Assembly: GCA_963771465.1 (NCBI GenBank)
Contig: CAVYTU010000011.1
Coordinates: 160,001 to 224,000, forward strand
Length of the DNA stretch: 64,000 bases
Source of the DNA: an uncultured delta proteobacterium
GTDB lineage: Bacteria > Desulfobacterota > Binatia > UBA9968
Direction of reading: 5' to 3'
The notes beneath the pieces were generated by a model. That model ran no database searches and was not told where the DNA came from. It worked only from the letters and a program-made list of their open reading frames with translations. This document shows, piece after piece, positions 9,946 through 19,298 of this stretch; positions within the stretch are counted from its first letter, which is position 1, and each line of letters begins with the position of its first letter. The position numbers were made by a program, and so were the translations under genes.

Positions 9946-11373
9946 ATGGCGGACTTACGCACTGGTTAGATGAAGTAGATAAACTCGGTCAATTGATGAC
10001 CGTCGATAACGCCGACTGGGATCTCGAGTTGTCGACGTTGACCGAGCTCATCAACGAGCGCTCGAAAGTTCGCCCGGCGATCGTTTTCGATAAGATCAAA
10101 GGCTACCCGGAAGGCTATCGCGTCGCGGTGAATCTTTTATCGTCGTTGCAGCGGCTCGCCTTGACGCATGGGCATGGATCCAAAGATCGGCGAGTTCGAT
10201 TTCGTTCAGACGTGGCGCAAGCAGGTAAAAAACCTCCAGCCCATCGAGCCGCGCAAGGTCAAAAGCGCGCCGCTATTCGAGAACGTGCAAAAGGGCGCCG
10301 ACATCGATCTGTTAAAGTTTCCCGTGCCGCGTTGGCATGAGCTCGACGGCGGTCGCTATATCGGCACCGACGATCTGGTGGTCACGCGCGATCCTGAGGA
10401 GGGTTGGGTGAACGTCGGCACGTATCGGATCATGATCCACGGCCGCGATCACATGGGCCTGCATATGTCGCCGGGCAAACATGGCCGCGTCCACCGCGAC
10501 AAGAATCACGCCGAGGGTAAGGCGTTACCGATCGCGGTATCATTCGGTCATCATCCGATCAATTTTCTGGTCGCCTCCACCGACGTGCCGAACCGCGTCA
10601 ATGAATACGCTTACGCCGGCGGTATTACCGGCGCGCCGCTAGATGTCGTCGACGGACCGTTGACCGGTTTGCCCATTCCCGCCGACTCTGAGATCGCCAT
10701 CGAGGGCGAAGTGTTGCCTAATGATTTTATGCCCGAAGGACCGTTCGGTGAATGGACCGGTTACTACGCGAGTAATCAGCCCGCGGTACCGGTGATTCGC
10801 GTCAAGGCGGTCTATCATCGCAACGATCCGATCCTGTGCGGCTTCCCGCTGCTCAAACCTTCCAGCGGCGATAATCAGCATTTTTCTCTGATGCGCTCGG
10901 CGTTGATTTGGAACGCGCTCGACGAAGCCGGCGTGCCCGATGTGCAGGCGGTATGGGCGCATCCATCGGGCGGCCGCTTCATGACGGTATTGGCGATCAA
11001 GCAACGCTATCCCGGTCACGCGCGGCAAGCGGCGATGATCGCCAGCCAATGCCGTTCCGGCGCCTATCTCGGCCGCTACGTGATCGTCGTCGATGACGAT
11101 ATCGATATCACGAACACCGAGGAAGTGATCTGGGCGATCAGTTCGCGCTCCGACCCGGTAGAGTCCATTGAGATCCTGCGCCGCTGCTGGAGTGGTCCAC
11201 TCGACCCGCGCATCGCGCGGGATCAAGTAGGCTTCAGCTCGCGCGCGATCATCGACGCGACCCGGCCCTACGAGTGGCGCGACAAGTTCCCCAAGTCGAG
11301 CGGCGCCAGCCGGGAGTTGAAGGAAGACGTAGCGAAAAGGTGGAAAAATCTGTTGACGGAGAAAGTTGGCTAA
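9946..11373 (+). CDS. UbiD-family (prFMN) decarboxylase, two frameshifts (~9960, ~10167)
   Basis: Reconstructed MADLRxWLDEVDKLGQL..DWDLE, DGGRY, NVGTYR, EGPFGEWTGYY, VDDDID; RBS AAAGGA before ATG 9946. Confidence 0.9.
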
Positions 11374-11377
11374 CACC

Positions 11378-12373
11378 ATGAAGCGGACGGAGATTGGATT
11401 AATGACGACGGCGCGACTTACTCTGCTTGGCTCAATGGCCCTATTGTTACTGAGCGCGAGCGTTTTTGCCCAGAGCGCGCCGGAGCGGATTCGCGTCAGT
11501 TACTCCAGCGGCGGGATGACGTCGATCGATTTGTTCATTGCCCGTGACCGGAAATACTTTCAGCAGCAGAATCTTAACGCGGAGCTGATTCGTGTGCCGG
11601 CCAACCTGGCGATCACCGCGGGCATCTCCGGCGATGTCGACGTGCTGGGCTCCATCGGCAGCGCGATCCGCTCGATTCAGCGCGGCACGCCGCTCAAAGT
11701 GATTTCCGTGACGCTGCGCCGGCCATTATTTTTTCTGGTGGCGCGCCCGGAGTACAAAAGCATCAAAGACTTGAAGGGCAAGACGCTCGGCATCGTCACC
11801 TTCGGCGGCAGCCAGCATACCACCGCCAAGCGGATGTTCTCGCTGCACGGCCTCAACGCTGACAAGGAATTGACTGCGATCCAAGTCGGCGAGGAATCGG
11901 TGCAGCTCCAGGCGCTGACGACCAATGCCATTCAAGTGGCCGCCATCAGTCCGCCCTACGCGCAGATCGCCAAAGAGAAATTCAACATGAATATTCTCGA
12001 AACCTCGACGGATAAGTTCGCCAGCATCCAAAACGGCGCGGCGGTGAACGTTAAAATGCTGCAAGAGAAACCTGACTTCCTAAAGCGCTTCCTGCGCGCG
12101 CGCTCGCAAGCGAACAAATATTTTCTCGAACGGGAGAAAGAGGCGAGCGAGTTGCTGGCGAACATCTGGAAGTCCGACTACAAGATCGCCAACGACAGTT
12201 ACCGCGCTTCCAAAGCGGCGTTCACCGGCAGCGGCATTCCGAGCGACGACGAGATCAAAGAATACTTGGCGCTGGACGCGCAAATCCTCGGCTTGCCCCA
12301 GCCGATGCCGGCGGCACAGGTTTTCGATTTCGCTTTGCAGCGGGAGATCAACAAAGAGTTGGGGATAAAATAA
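11378..12373 (+). CDS. ABC substrate-binding protein (SsuA/NMT1-like)
   Basis: Signal peptide, IKDLKGKTLGI motif, typical 330-aa layout. Confidence 0.85.
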   Translation: MKRTEIGLMTTARLTLLGSMALLLLSASVFAQSAPERIRVSYSSGGMTSIDLFIARDRKYFQQQNLNAELIRVPANLAITAGISGDVDVLGSIGSAIRSIQRGTPLKVISVTLRRPLFFLVARPEYKSIKDLKGKTLGIVTFGGSQHTTAKRMFSLHGLNADKELTAIQVGEESVQLQALTTNAIQVAAISPPYAQIAKEKFNMNILETSTDKFASIQNGAAVNVKMLQEKPDFLKRFLRARSQANKYFLEREKEASELLANIWKSDYKIANDSYRASKAAFTGSGIPSDDEIKEYLALDAQILGLPQPMPAAQVFDFALQREINKELGIK

Positions 12374-12484
12374 GTTTACTTGTCATCCGAGAAATCCTGC
12401 GTCGTCGTTGGCCCCCGTACCGTTGACTTCCTCCTGCCGGGCACCCTATATGTTTAAGGACAATTTTCGGAGGATTCGACCGCA

Positions 12485-13510
12485 ATGAAATTTGGTTCGC
12501 ATTATTTACCCACTTACGTTGCCGATCTCGACGGGTCGGTGACGGAGTTTTACCACAAGATGTTTTCTCAAATGGAGGAAATGGATAGGCTTGACTACGA
12601 TCACATCTGGGTGACCGAACATCACTTCGCGCACTACGGCGGCGATCTGCCGCATCCACCGACGTTCATGTCGGCGATCGCGCGCACGACTAAAAAAATT
12701 CGCCTCGGCGTCGCGATCAACGTCTTGCCGCTGCATAACCCCATCGACATGGCCGAGTCCTATGCCATGGTCGATGTGATTTCCAACGGCCGGTTGGATT
12801 TCGGCGTCGGCAAAGGTAGCGAGGCGCACGAGTATAAGAAATATCGCGTCGACCAGAAGGAAGCGACCGGGCGCATGTATGAAGGCGTCGAGGTCATGCT
12901 GCAAGCGTGGTCGGATAAGCCGGTGAACTTTAAGGGGGAGTTCTTTAACTATGAAAACGTGCCGGTCTATCCCAAGCCAGTGCAGCGGCCGCACCCGCGC
13001 GTTTGGGTCGGCTGCGCGCGCACTGAAGATTCGTTTCGCTGGGCAGGAGAAAATAAGTTTAATCTAATGACGCTACCCTATCTCTATCGTGATCCGGCAG
13101 CGTTACCGGCGTTCGTTAAAATTTATCGCGACAATTTGGCTAAAGCCGGCCATGACGCCGGTAAAATGGATATTCTGGGAAAGTTCCATATTTACGTGTC
13201 GAGCAGTTTGGACAAAGCCATCGAAGAAGCGGCGCCTTACTTGGACAATTATCTCGAGGTTCACACCGCGGCGGATACCGATCGCAAGGAAGTGGGATTG
13301 CTGATTCAGCGCGATGCTAAAACTCAGATAGCCGAAGGCTTCGTGCTGGCCGGCGACCCGCAACGGGTCGCTGACACCATACGCAAATGGAGCGAACCCA
13401 ATGGGCTGACGACAATCTCCGGGACATTTCACTTCGGCGGCATGCCGCAGGAAATGGCGCTGAAAAACATTCGCTTGTTCGCCGAGAAAGTCATGCCGCA
13501 GTTCAAGTAA
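12485..13510 (+). CDS. LLM-class flavin-dependent oxidoreductase
   Basis: WVTEHHF, IRLG, DVISNGRLDFGVG, PKPVQRPHP, LFAEKVMP. Confidence 0.95.
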   Translation: MKFGSHYLPTYVADLDGSVTEFYHKMFSQMEEMDRLDYDHIWVTEHHFAHYGGDLPHPPTFMSAIARTTKKIRLGVAINVLPLHNPIDMAESYAMVDVISNGRLDFGVGKGSEAHEYKKYRVDQKEATGRMYEGVEVMLQAWSDKPVNFKGEFFNYENVPVYPKPVQRPHPRVWVGCARTEDSFRWAGENKFNLMTLPYLYRDPAALPAFVKIYRDNLAKAGHDAGKMDILGKFHIYVSSSLDKAIEEAAPYLDNYLEVHTAADTDRKEVGLLIQRDAKTQIAEGFVLAGDPQRVADTIRKWSEPNGLTTISGTFHFGGMPQEMALKNIRLFAEKVMPQFK

Positions 13511-13518
13511 GACGAGAA

Positions 13519-13552
13519 TTCGGATTCGCAAGATTGGCCGCAAAGACGCAAA
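13519..13552. repeat. Dispersed post-stop repeat, copy 1 (TTCGGATTCG..TTRGCCGCAAAGA..CGCAAA)
   Basis: Close match to 35055-35090; partial match to 14621-14652. Confidence 0.6.
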
Positions 13553-13567
13553 GAATCGGGACAAGTC

Positions 13568-13594
13568 GGGCGGGATTCATCCCGCCCTTTCTTT
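13568..13594 (+). terminator. Intrinsic terminator after the LLM gene
   Basis: GGGCGGGA-TTCA-TCCCGCCC followed by TTTCTTT. Confidence 0.75.
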
Positions 13595-13669
13595 ATCCGT
13601 GGTCGGTTGGCAAGGTTTTAGAACTGTGGCATGAGTAGAAAACTTTTTTTGTATTTTTAAGGAGGCAGG

Positions 13670-14611
13670 ATGAAAGTTAAACCGAAACGTAAGCCGATCA
13701 AATGGCCCAACGGCGCGCGCATCGCGATTACGCCTTGCGTGGCGTTCGAAACTTGGCCTGAAGATCTCGGCGGCCCCAACACGTTGCAGCAGGAGAACCG
13801 GCGCAGCTTTCCCCGCAACGCTGAAACCAAGAGAAACTTGGCGATTATCACCGACCGCGAGTTTGGCGAACGAGTCGGCATCTACCGCATGCTCGAAGTA
13901 TTCGAAAAAGAAAAAATCCGCACGAGCTTTTTTCCGACCGGCATTACAGTGGAAAACTATCCGGAGATTTTCCAAGACGCGGCGCAGTATGGCCATGAGA
14001 TCGGCACGGAAACCTGGATACACGATTACAGCTACATGAAGAAGCGCGCCCAGGAGAAGCGCGATTTGCTGAAGACCGCTGCCGCGGTGAAAAAAGTCGT
14101 CGGTAAAGCACCGGTCGGATATCTCTCCACAGGCGTGGCGCCGAGCGCGTCGACGCCGGAAGTGATCTTGGAGTGCGGCTATACTTACTGGATGGATCCG
14201 CAGCATCAGGAGACGCCCTACACGCTCAAGGTCAAGAGCAAAGAGTTGACGGTGCTGTCCTATTTCCAGGATCTAAACGATTATTCGAGTTACCAGCGCG
14301 CCGGTAGAACGCCGCGCGATATGTTGCAGATGTGGAAAGACTGTTTCGATTGCCTGTACGAAGAAGGCGCGAGCGATCCCAAGTTCATGATGTGGGGTAA
14401 TCACCCGTTTGTCGGCGGCCGGCCGTTTCGCGCGTTGCTCTTGCGTGAGTTTATCCGTTACGCCAAGAAACATGGCAAGGTGTGGTTCGCCACGGCCGGC
14501 GAAGTGGCGCAATGGTATCGTGAAAACTACCACGACGCGCAGGTTGAAGAGTGGCCAAATTTCAACTTCGCAGGCAGGCGCGGCAAGGTCAGCGACCTGG
14601 CGAAGCTGTGA
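13670..14611 (+). CDS. Polysaccharide deacetylase-family protein (PuuE/allantoinase-like)
   Basis: WPNGARIA, EFGERVGIYR, GHEIG, FDCLYEEG, HPFVGGRP, VWFAT. Confidence 0.85.
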   Translation: MKVKPKRKPIKWPNGARIAITPCVAFETWPEDLGGPNTLQQENRRSFPRNAETKRNLAIITDREFGERVGIYRMLEVFEKEKIRTSFFPTGITVENYPEIFQDAAQYGHEIGTETWIHDYSYMKKRAQEKRDLLKTAAAVKKVVGKAPVGYLSTGVAPSASTPEVILECGYTYWMDPQHQETPYTLKVKSKELTVLSYFQDLNDYSSYQRAGRTPRDMLQMWKDCFDCLYEEGASDPKFMMWGNHPFVGGRPFRALLLREFIRYAKKHGKVWFATAGEVAQWYRENYHDAQVEEWPNFNFAGRRGKVSDLAKL

Positions 14612-14666
14612 TGAAGGAGATTTAGCCGCAAACGACGCAAAGCCCGCAAAAGTCGGAGATCGTTCT

Positions 14667-14696
14667 CAAAGAGGCGCAGCTTGCTGCGCCTCTTTG
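14667..14696. terminator. Hairpin between convergent genes, likely bidirectional terminator
   Basis: CAAAGAGGCGCAGC-TT-GCTGCGCCTCTTTG, 14-bp perfect inverted repeat. Confidence 0.65.
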
Positions 14697-14712
14697 CGTT
14701 TGTAGCGATTCG

Positions 14713-15654
14713 CTAGCGCGCCGGCAGGTAGGAAAAATCGAAGACCTGATTGGCGGGAATTTCTTTGGCGATGTTTTCAGTTTGGCGGGCGTCGCGGATG
14801 GTGTCGGCAATTAGAGTGGCGTCGACTTTGCCATCGGCGGTTTCTACTTGTTTGTGTTGGTCGTAGATCTTGGAAAGCAGATCTTCATCGTCGATGCGCA
14901 TGGCGCGCTTGAGTGTCGGCAACACTTTGGCCTTGTTGTCTTTGGCGAAGGCGCGGGCGCGGGTGAGGGCGCGGATGAGGCGGCGGACTTGTTCCGGGGC
15001 GCGCTCGAGGGTTTCTCCTAAGGTTGCCAGCCCGGTGCTGGGCAGACGGACGAAGTTGCCGGAGAAACCTAAGTTGTTCAGTCCTTCGCGATAGGCGAGA
15101 AAATTGTACGGCGGATTGAGCAAGGCCGCGGCGATGCGGCTGGTCTTGAGAGCGGCGATCATCGCGCTCTGTCCAGGGATCGTTATGGTAGTGACTTGGT
15201 TGGGATCGATTTTCGACTGGGTGAGAATGCGGCGCATGATGATATCTTGCAAGCCGCCGCGCGATGAGAGCGCAAGCACTTTTCCTTTTACGTCAGCAAT
15301 CGATCCGATGCCCGGTGCACCGACGAGATCCTGCAGCGGCCGATCGACGAACAGCATGACCGTGCGCACATTGATGCCGCGGATGGCGGCGGCGACCGCG
15401 GAGCCAATGGTCGCGGCGTATTGGATATCTCCGGCGAGCAGCACTTTGATGTTGAGCGATGCGGGCATGACGACCATCTCGGCGGTTAGTCCTTCCTGTT
15501 GAAAGAAACCATGTTCTTTGGCGACGAAAAACGGCATGGCGGTGATGGTCACCGACGGCAGGCCGATTTTGATGTTTTCGGCGCGGGCGGAGGATAGGAT
15601 CGCTCCGATGAATAGGACGGATGAAACAAAGCTGAAGAGAAGTCTAAACTGCAT
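14713..15654 (-). CDS. ABC substrate-binding protein (SsuA/NMT1-like)
   Basis: Signal peptide, VAKEHGFF, DVKGK, C-terminal VFDFS. Confidence 0.85.
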   Translation of the reverse strand: MQFRLLFSFVSSVLFIGAILSSARAENIKIGLPSVTITAMPFFVAKEHGFFQQEGLTAEMVVMPASLNIKVLLAGDIQYAATIGSAVAAAIRGINVRTVMLFVDRPLQDLVGAPGIGSIADVKGKVLALSSRGGLQDIIMRRILTQSKIDPNQVTTITIPGQSAMIAALKTSRIAAALLNPPYNFLAYREGLNNLGFSGNFVRLPSTGLATLGETLERAPEQVRRLIRALTRARAFAKDNKAKVLPTLKRAMRIDDEDLLSKIYDQHKQVETADGKVDATLIADTIRDARQTENIAKEIPANQVFDFSYLPAR

Positions 15655-15666
15655 GTCGGCCTCTTT

Positions 15667-16764
15667 TCAGTCCAGCGGGTAAAGTTTACGCGCGTTGTCG
15701 TTGAGGATCTTGCGTTTGGTCGCGGCGCTCAGTTTCGAATGATCGACGATGGGCTCGGAGGCGCCGGGCCAGCGGCTGTCGAAGTGGCTGTAGTCGGAAG
15801 CGAAGACCAGCCAATCGTCGCCGAAAATCTCGACGACGTGAGCCAGCTCGTTTTCATCGGCCTCGAAGGAAAAATAGAGCTGGCCGCGTTCCAGCAACTT
15901 GCTCGGTTTAGATTTCAAAGCGGGCGTTTGGACGCCCAAGACTTCGTAATGCTCATCCATGCGGTGAAACCAGTAGGGCAGCCAACCGCAACCGGATTCT
16001 AAAAACACGAAGCGCAGTTTGGGAAAGCGGTCGAGCACGCCTTCGCCGAGGATGACCGAGAGCGCGATCATCTGCTCGAAGGGGTGGCCGAACAGGTGCG
16101 AATAAAAAAACTTGTCGACGCGCTCGGTACCGGTGGCATCCGAGCCGTAGCGGCCTAGGAACATATGGACGCAGATGGGCACGTTGAGCTTCTCGGCTTC
16201 GGCATAGAGTGGAAAATAGTAGGGATCGCCGAGATGGCGTCCCTTTAGATTGGGAAAAACCGAGGCGCCGACCATGCCGAGTTCTTTGACGCAACGGCGC
16301 AATTCGATAACGCTCGCATCGATGTCTTGCTGCGCCAAAGCAACAGTGCCTTTGATTCGTTTTGGGTCCTCGGCGCAATACTCGGCCAACCAAGTATTGC
16401 GTGCGGTGGCAAGCGCGGCGGCGAGTCCGGCATCTTCTAATGCGGGCAGCGTTCCCGCCAAGCCGGCGCCAAAAAGCACGGCGACGTCGATCTTTTCGGT
16501 GTCCATGTCGACCAGGCGCGCTTTCGGATCGGTCATGCCGGGACGGCGCGGGTGCGGCCGGCTGTACGGGCCGCCGACGCCGATGCCGAGTCCGTCGGGA
16601 CGCGGCCAGGCTTTTCCCTCGATGATCGTTCGCAATTGGCCGTTGCCGCTGTCGCGCCGCTCCGGCGCTTGGCTTTTATACTTATCCGGCAAGCGCGCTT
16701 TCCAGTCGATGTGATTTTCTTCTAAGTGGCCGTCGGCGTCGATGGTACCGAATAAGTTCGCCAT
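15667..16764 (-). CDS. Amidohydrolase_2-family protein
   Basis: IDADGH, DMD..IDVAVLF, PICVH, FPKLRF.FLESG..W, FASDYSH, NARKLY. Confidence 0.9.
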   Translation of the reverse strand: MANLFGTIDADGHLEENHIDWKARLPDKYKSQAPERRDSGNGQLRTIIEGKAWPRPDGLGIGVGGPYSRPHPRRPGMTDPKARLVDMDTEKIDVAVLFGAGLAGTLPALEDAGLAAALATARNTWLAEYCAEDPKRIKGTVALAQQDIDASVIELRRCVKELGMVGASVFPNLKGRHLGDPYYFPLYAEAEKLNVPICVHMFLGRYGSDATGTERVDKFFYSHLFGHPFEQMIALSVILGEGVLDRFPKLRFVFLESGCGWLPYWFHRMDEHYEVLGVQTPALKSKPSKLLERGQLYFSFEADENELAHVVEIFGDDWLVFASDYSHFDSRWPGASEPIVDHSKLSAATKRKILNDNARKLYPLD

Positions 16765-16791
16765 GATCATCCTCGCTGCGCTCGACGGCAT

Positions 16792-16819
16792 TTGCAGATT
16801 ACAAATTCCAGATTGCAAA
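16792..16819. repeat. Intergenic heptamer tandem repeat
   Basis: TTGCAGA TTACAAA TTCCAGA TTGCAAA. Confidence 0.65.
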
Positions 16820-16824
16820 ACTAA

Positions 16825-17856
16825 TTACGTATCGAGCAGGCTTGGGGAAAATACTTCTTCGATCTTAGCGAGACGCTGCGTCAAGCCTTCTGTGTGCGAG
16901 TTGTGAAAAAGCGTTTCCAGCATCTTGCGATTGGCCTTTATGCCAAATGGAAATGGATCGTTGCCGACCATCTTCTCTTGGCTCGCGCGGTCGCCGTTGT
17001 CGAAATAGAGGTATGCGGGGCTGCCGAAATTACCGAGCTCGTAGGCGATCCGTTTGCTCTCGCTAAAGAGCCGCAGGAGCTCGCTCGCCAGCCAGGGATT
17101 TTGTTCCAGCGCGCGGCGCTGAGCGACGATGACGTGATTGGCCGGGACGATGCCGGTTTTTTTGTGAAAAGCTTCGACGATCGACAGACCGCCGTCGGCG
17201 AACATTTTTCTTAAGCGCGGATTGCCTTCTAACGGCGTGCCGCCGTAGCGGTCGATGTTCAAGGTCATCAGCTTGGGATCGTGGCGCGGCGCGAAGCCGT
17301 AGGCGGCGTCGATTTCTCCTTTATCCAGCATGACGTCGAAGGTTTGCGCCGCGGTGAGCCAAGTCGTGGACACACCGGCCGGCGGCCTGGTGTCCATACC
17401 AAGCAGGCCGCCGTGGCTCAGGTCTTGAACCCGGCCGATGTACCAGGAAATTTCATTGGGTTGAATGGCGCAGAGCTCTTTGAGAATTACTCTGAACCAT
17501 AAGCCCGCGGTCATGACGTAGTCGGGGATGCCGACCCTTTTGCCTTTGAGGTCGCAGAGCGCTTCTATGCCGGCGCCGGTGTTGACGAACAGTGTCATCC
17601 AGACAAACGCTTTGGCGGGAAAGATCGGCAAGGCTTGCCACTGCCAGCGGTCGCCCTTCGCCTGCTCCCGCGTGATGAGGAATTCGGAGAGCGACATTTC
17701 GAAAACATCGAACTCATCGTTTTTCAGATTCTTGAAGAACAGTTCAGGCGGCGTGGTGACGTGAATATTGAGATTCAACTTATCCGACTTGACGCTGCCG
17801 TCGATCAACGGTTCGAAGCGGGGATTTTTGGTGACGCCCAATTTTAGGTCCAACAT
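16825..17856 (-). CDS. 4,5-dihydroxyphthalate decarboxylase (OphC)-like, periplasmic-binding-protein fold
   Basis: PLIDG.V, EFDV.EMSLS, ALPIFP, DLKGKRVG.P.Y.MTA.LW.R, P..H, PFPFGI.ANR; no signal peptide. Confidence 0.75.
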   Translation of the reverse strand: MLDLKLGVTKNPRFEPLIDGSVKSDKLNLNIHVTTPPELFFKNLKNDEFDVFEMSLSEFLITREQAKGDRWQWQALPIFPAKAFVWMTLFVNTGAGIEALCDLKGKRVGIPDYVMTAGLWFRVILKELCAIQPNEISWYIGRVQDLSHGGLLGMDTRPPAGVSTTWLTAAQTFDVMLDKGEIDAAYGFAPRHDPKLMTLNIDRYGGTPLEGNPRLRKMFADGGLSIVEAFHKKTGIVPANHVIVAQRRALEQNPWLASELLRLFSESKRIAYELGNFGSPAYLYFDNGDRASQEKMVGNDPFPFGIKANRKMLETLFHNSHTEGLTQRLAKIEEVFSPSLLDT

Positions 17857-17968
17857 GATCGGTTCTCGATTCTCACTGTTTCACCTTTCATACGACGAGA
17901 TGGGAGATTGGGTCAAACGCGCGGGCGAACAATGTGGTTAATACAACTAGAGCGAATTATTCATGGTG

Positions 17969-18154
17969 CAGCAGCGATCGAATGCAACCCTTCCGGAACG
18001 AAGGCAAAACAGTTGTGCCTTGAAGGTGCAAGTGGGACGAGTTGTTTATGAGAAATCAACGGCGGAAAGGTCAAACATTGATCCGAGCGCCGGCACGAAA
18101 CGAACAGTTAGCGCTGATGCCTTCGTTCCTCCAGGGTCACACTTCGATCAACTG
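17969..18154. ncRNA. Candidate structured non-coding RNA (~185 nt), family not identified
   Basis: Nested long-range complementarity: 17995-18006/18118-18129 (12 bp perfect), 17987-91/18133-37, 17976-82/18143-49; internal hairpins; no credible ORF. Confidence 0.5.
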
Positions 18155-18196
18155 AGTGTCGTCAAGTTTCCACGTTGAGGAACAATCCCCGGGCTA

Positions 18197-18227
18197 GGCG
18201 AGTCGAACTCGATCGACTCGCCCTTTT
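18197..18227 (+). terminator. Intrinsic terminator-like hairpin
   Basis: GGCGAGTCGA-ACTCGA-TCGACTCGCC then CTTTT; the U-tract is on the + strand although both flanking CDS are on -. Confidence 0.6.
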
Positions 18228-18248
18228 GCTGAAAACAATTCTGAAAAT

Positions 18249-19059
18249 TTACGACGGATTGCGCACGACGAAATGTTGTTCGGGCACGGGATAGCCGGCG
18301 GCGCCGCAGGTTTCGCGGATGACTTTGTTGGTATCGAAATAAACTTGCCAGTAGTGATCGGTGTGACAATACGGCCGTACGGCGAGCACGGGGCCATTGA
18401 AGTTGAACTCAAGTAGTTCGACATCGGGCGACGGATCAGTTTTGATATTCGCTACCTTGCCGACCCGTTCTTTGAGCAGTTTGATCGCTTCATTATGATC
18501 GACCGAGTGGGCAAGTTGGGCTTTCAAGTCGACGCGGCGATATGGATTCGCGCGAAAAATTTTGGATGGTATCGGAGAATATCTTGTTATTACCGAGCAT
18601 CGTCAGCACATTATCCGGTGTGACCACCGCGGTGAACAAATAGGCCGATTTCTTTAACGGTTCCGGTGACGCCCGCTGCGGTGACGAAGTCCCCGACCTT
18701 GAACGGCCGGAGCACAATCATAAATGCACCGGCGGCGAAGTTGGCCAACAGGCCGCTCCATGCCATGCCGATGGCGACGCCGGCGGCGGCGAGGATGGCG
18801 GCGAAGCTGGTGGTCTCGACGCCGAAGTAGCCGAGGATGGCGACGACCAAAATGACATTCAGCGTCACCGAAATCACCGTGCCGATATAACGCAGCAAGG
18901 TGGGATCGACTTTTTGTTTTTCCAGAGCCGAGGTCACCAATCGGATCGCCAAACTGATGAGCCAACGGCCGATCAAATAAAAAATAATCGCGCCGACGAT
19001 TTTGAAACCGACTAGAATGCCGACGTCGATAATGATTGCATTGTTTTTCCTACGTCCAT
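18249..19059 (-). CDS. mscS: Small-conductance mechanosensitive channel, about three frameshifts
   Basis: Fragments join to GVETTSFAA..AAAGVAIG.A.SG.LANFAAG...RPFKVGD, TPDNV...GNNKIFSDTI.N.S, YWQVYFD. Confidence 0.85.
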
Positions 19060-19298
19060 GAGTCCGCCCTCCTTAGCTTGTCATGAATCTTTTTCTTGGT
19101 TGAGACGCTCAATCACTGAGGATCTTCCATTTTTTCTTTAGGCTAGGCAATGTACACTTGTCAATGAAAACTTGCCGGTCGTTGCGTTAATTCGTCATTA
19201 CATTGTTTGTACATGAGCGCCGTTGATTCATTGGACATTGACGGGAGCTTCAGGTATGAGAGGAAATCTCACGATGGTAGAAACTCGGAGGTTCGCAG

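Noticed and set aside
18001-18120. c-di-GMP-I riboswitch or 6S RNA as a firm call
   Set aside because: Only partial GEMM-like words; no GNRA loop/receptor or GCAAAGC, and no 6S consensus blocks or usual synteny; kept as an unidentified candidate
17963-18178. 71-aa ORF over the structured element
   Set aside because: No RBS or recognisable motif; the long-range complementarity is better explained at the nucleic-acid level
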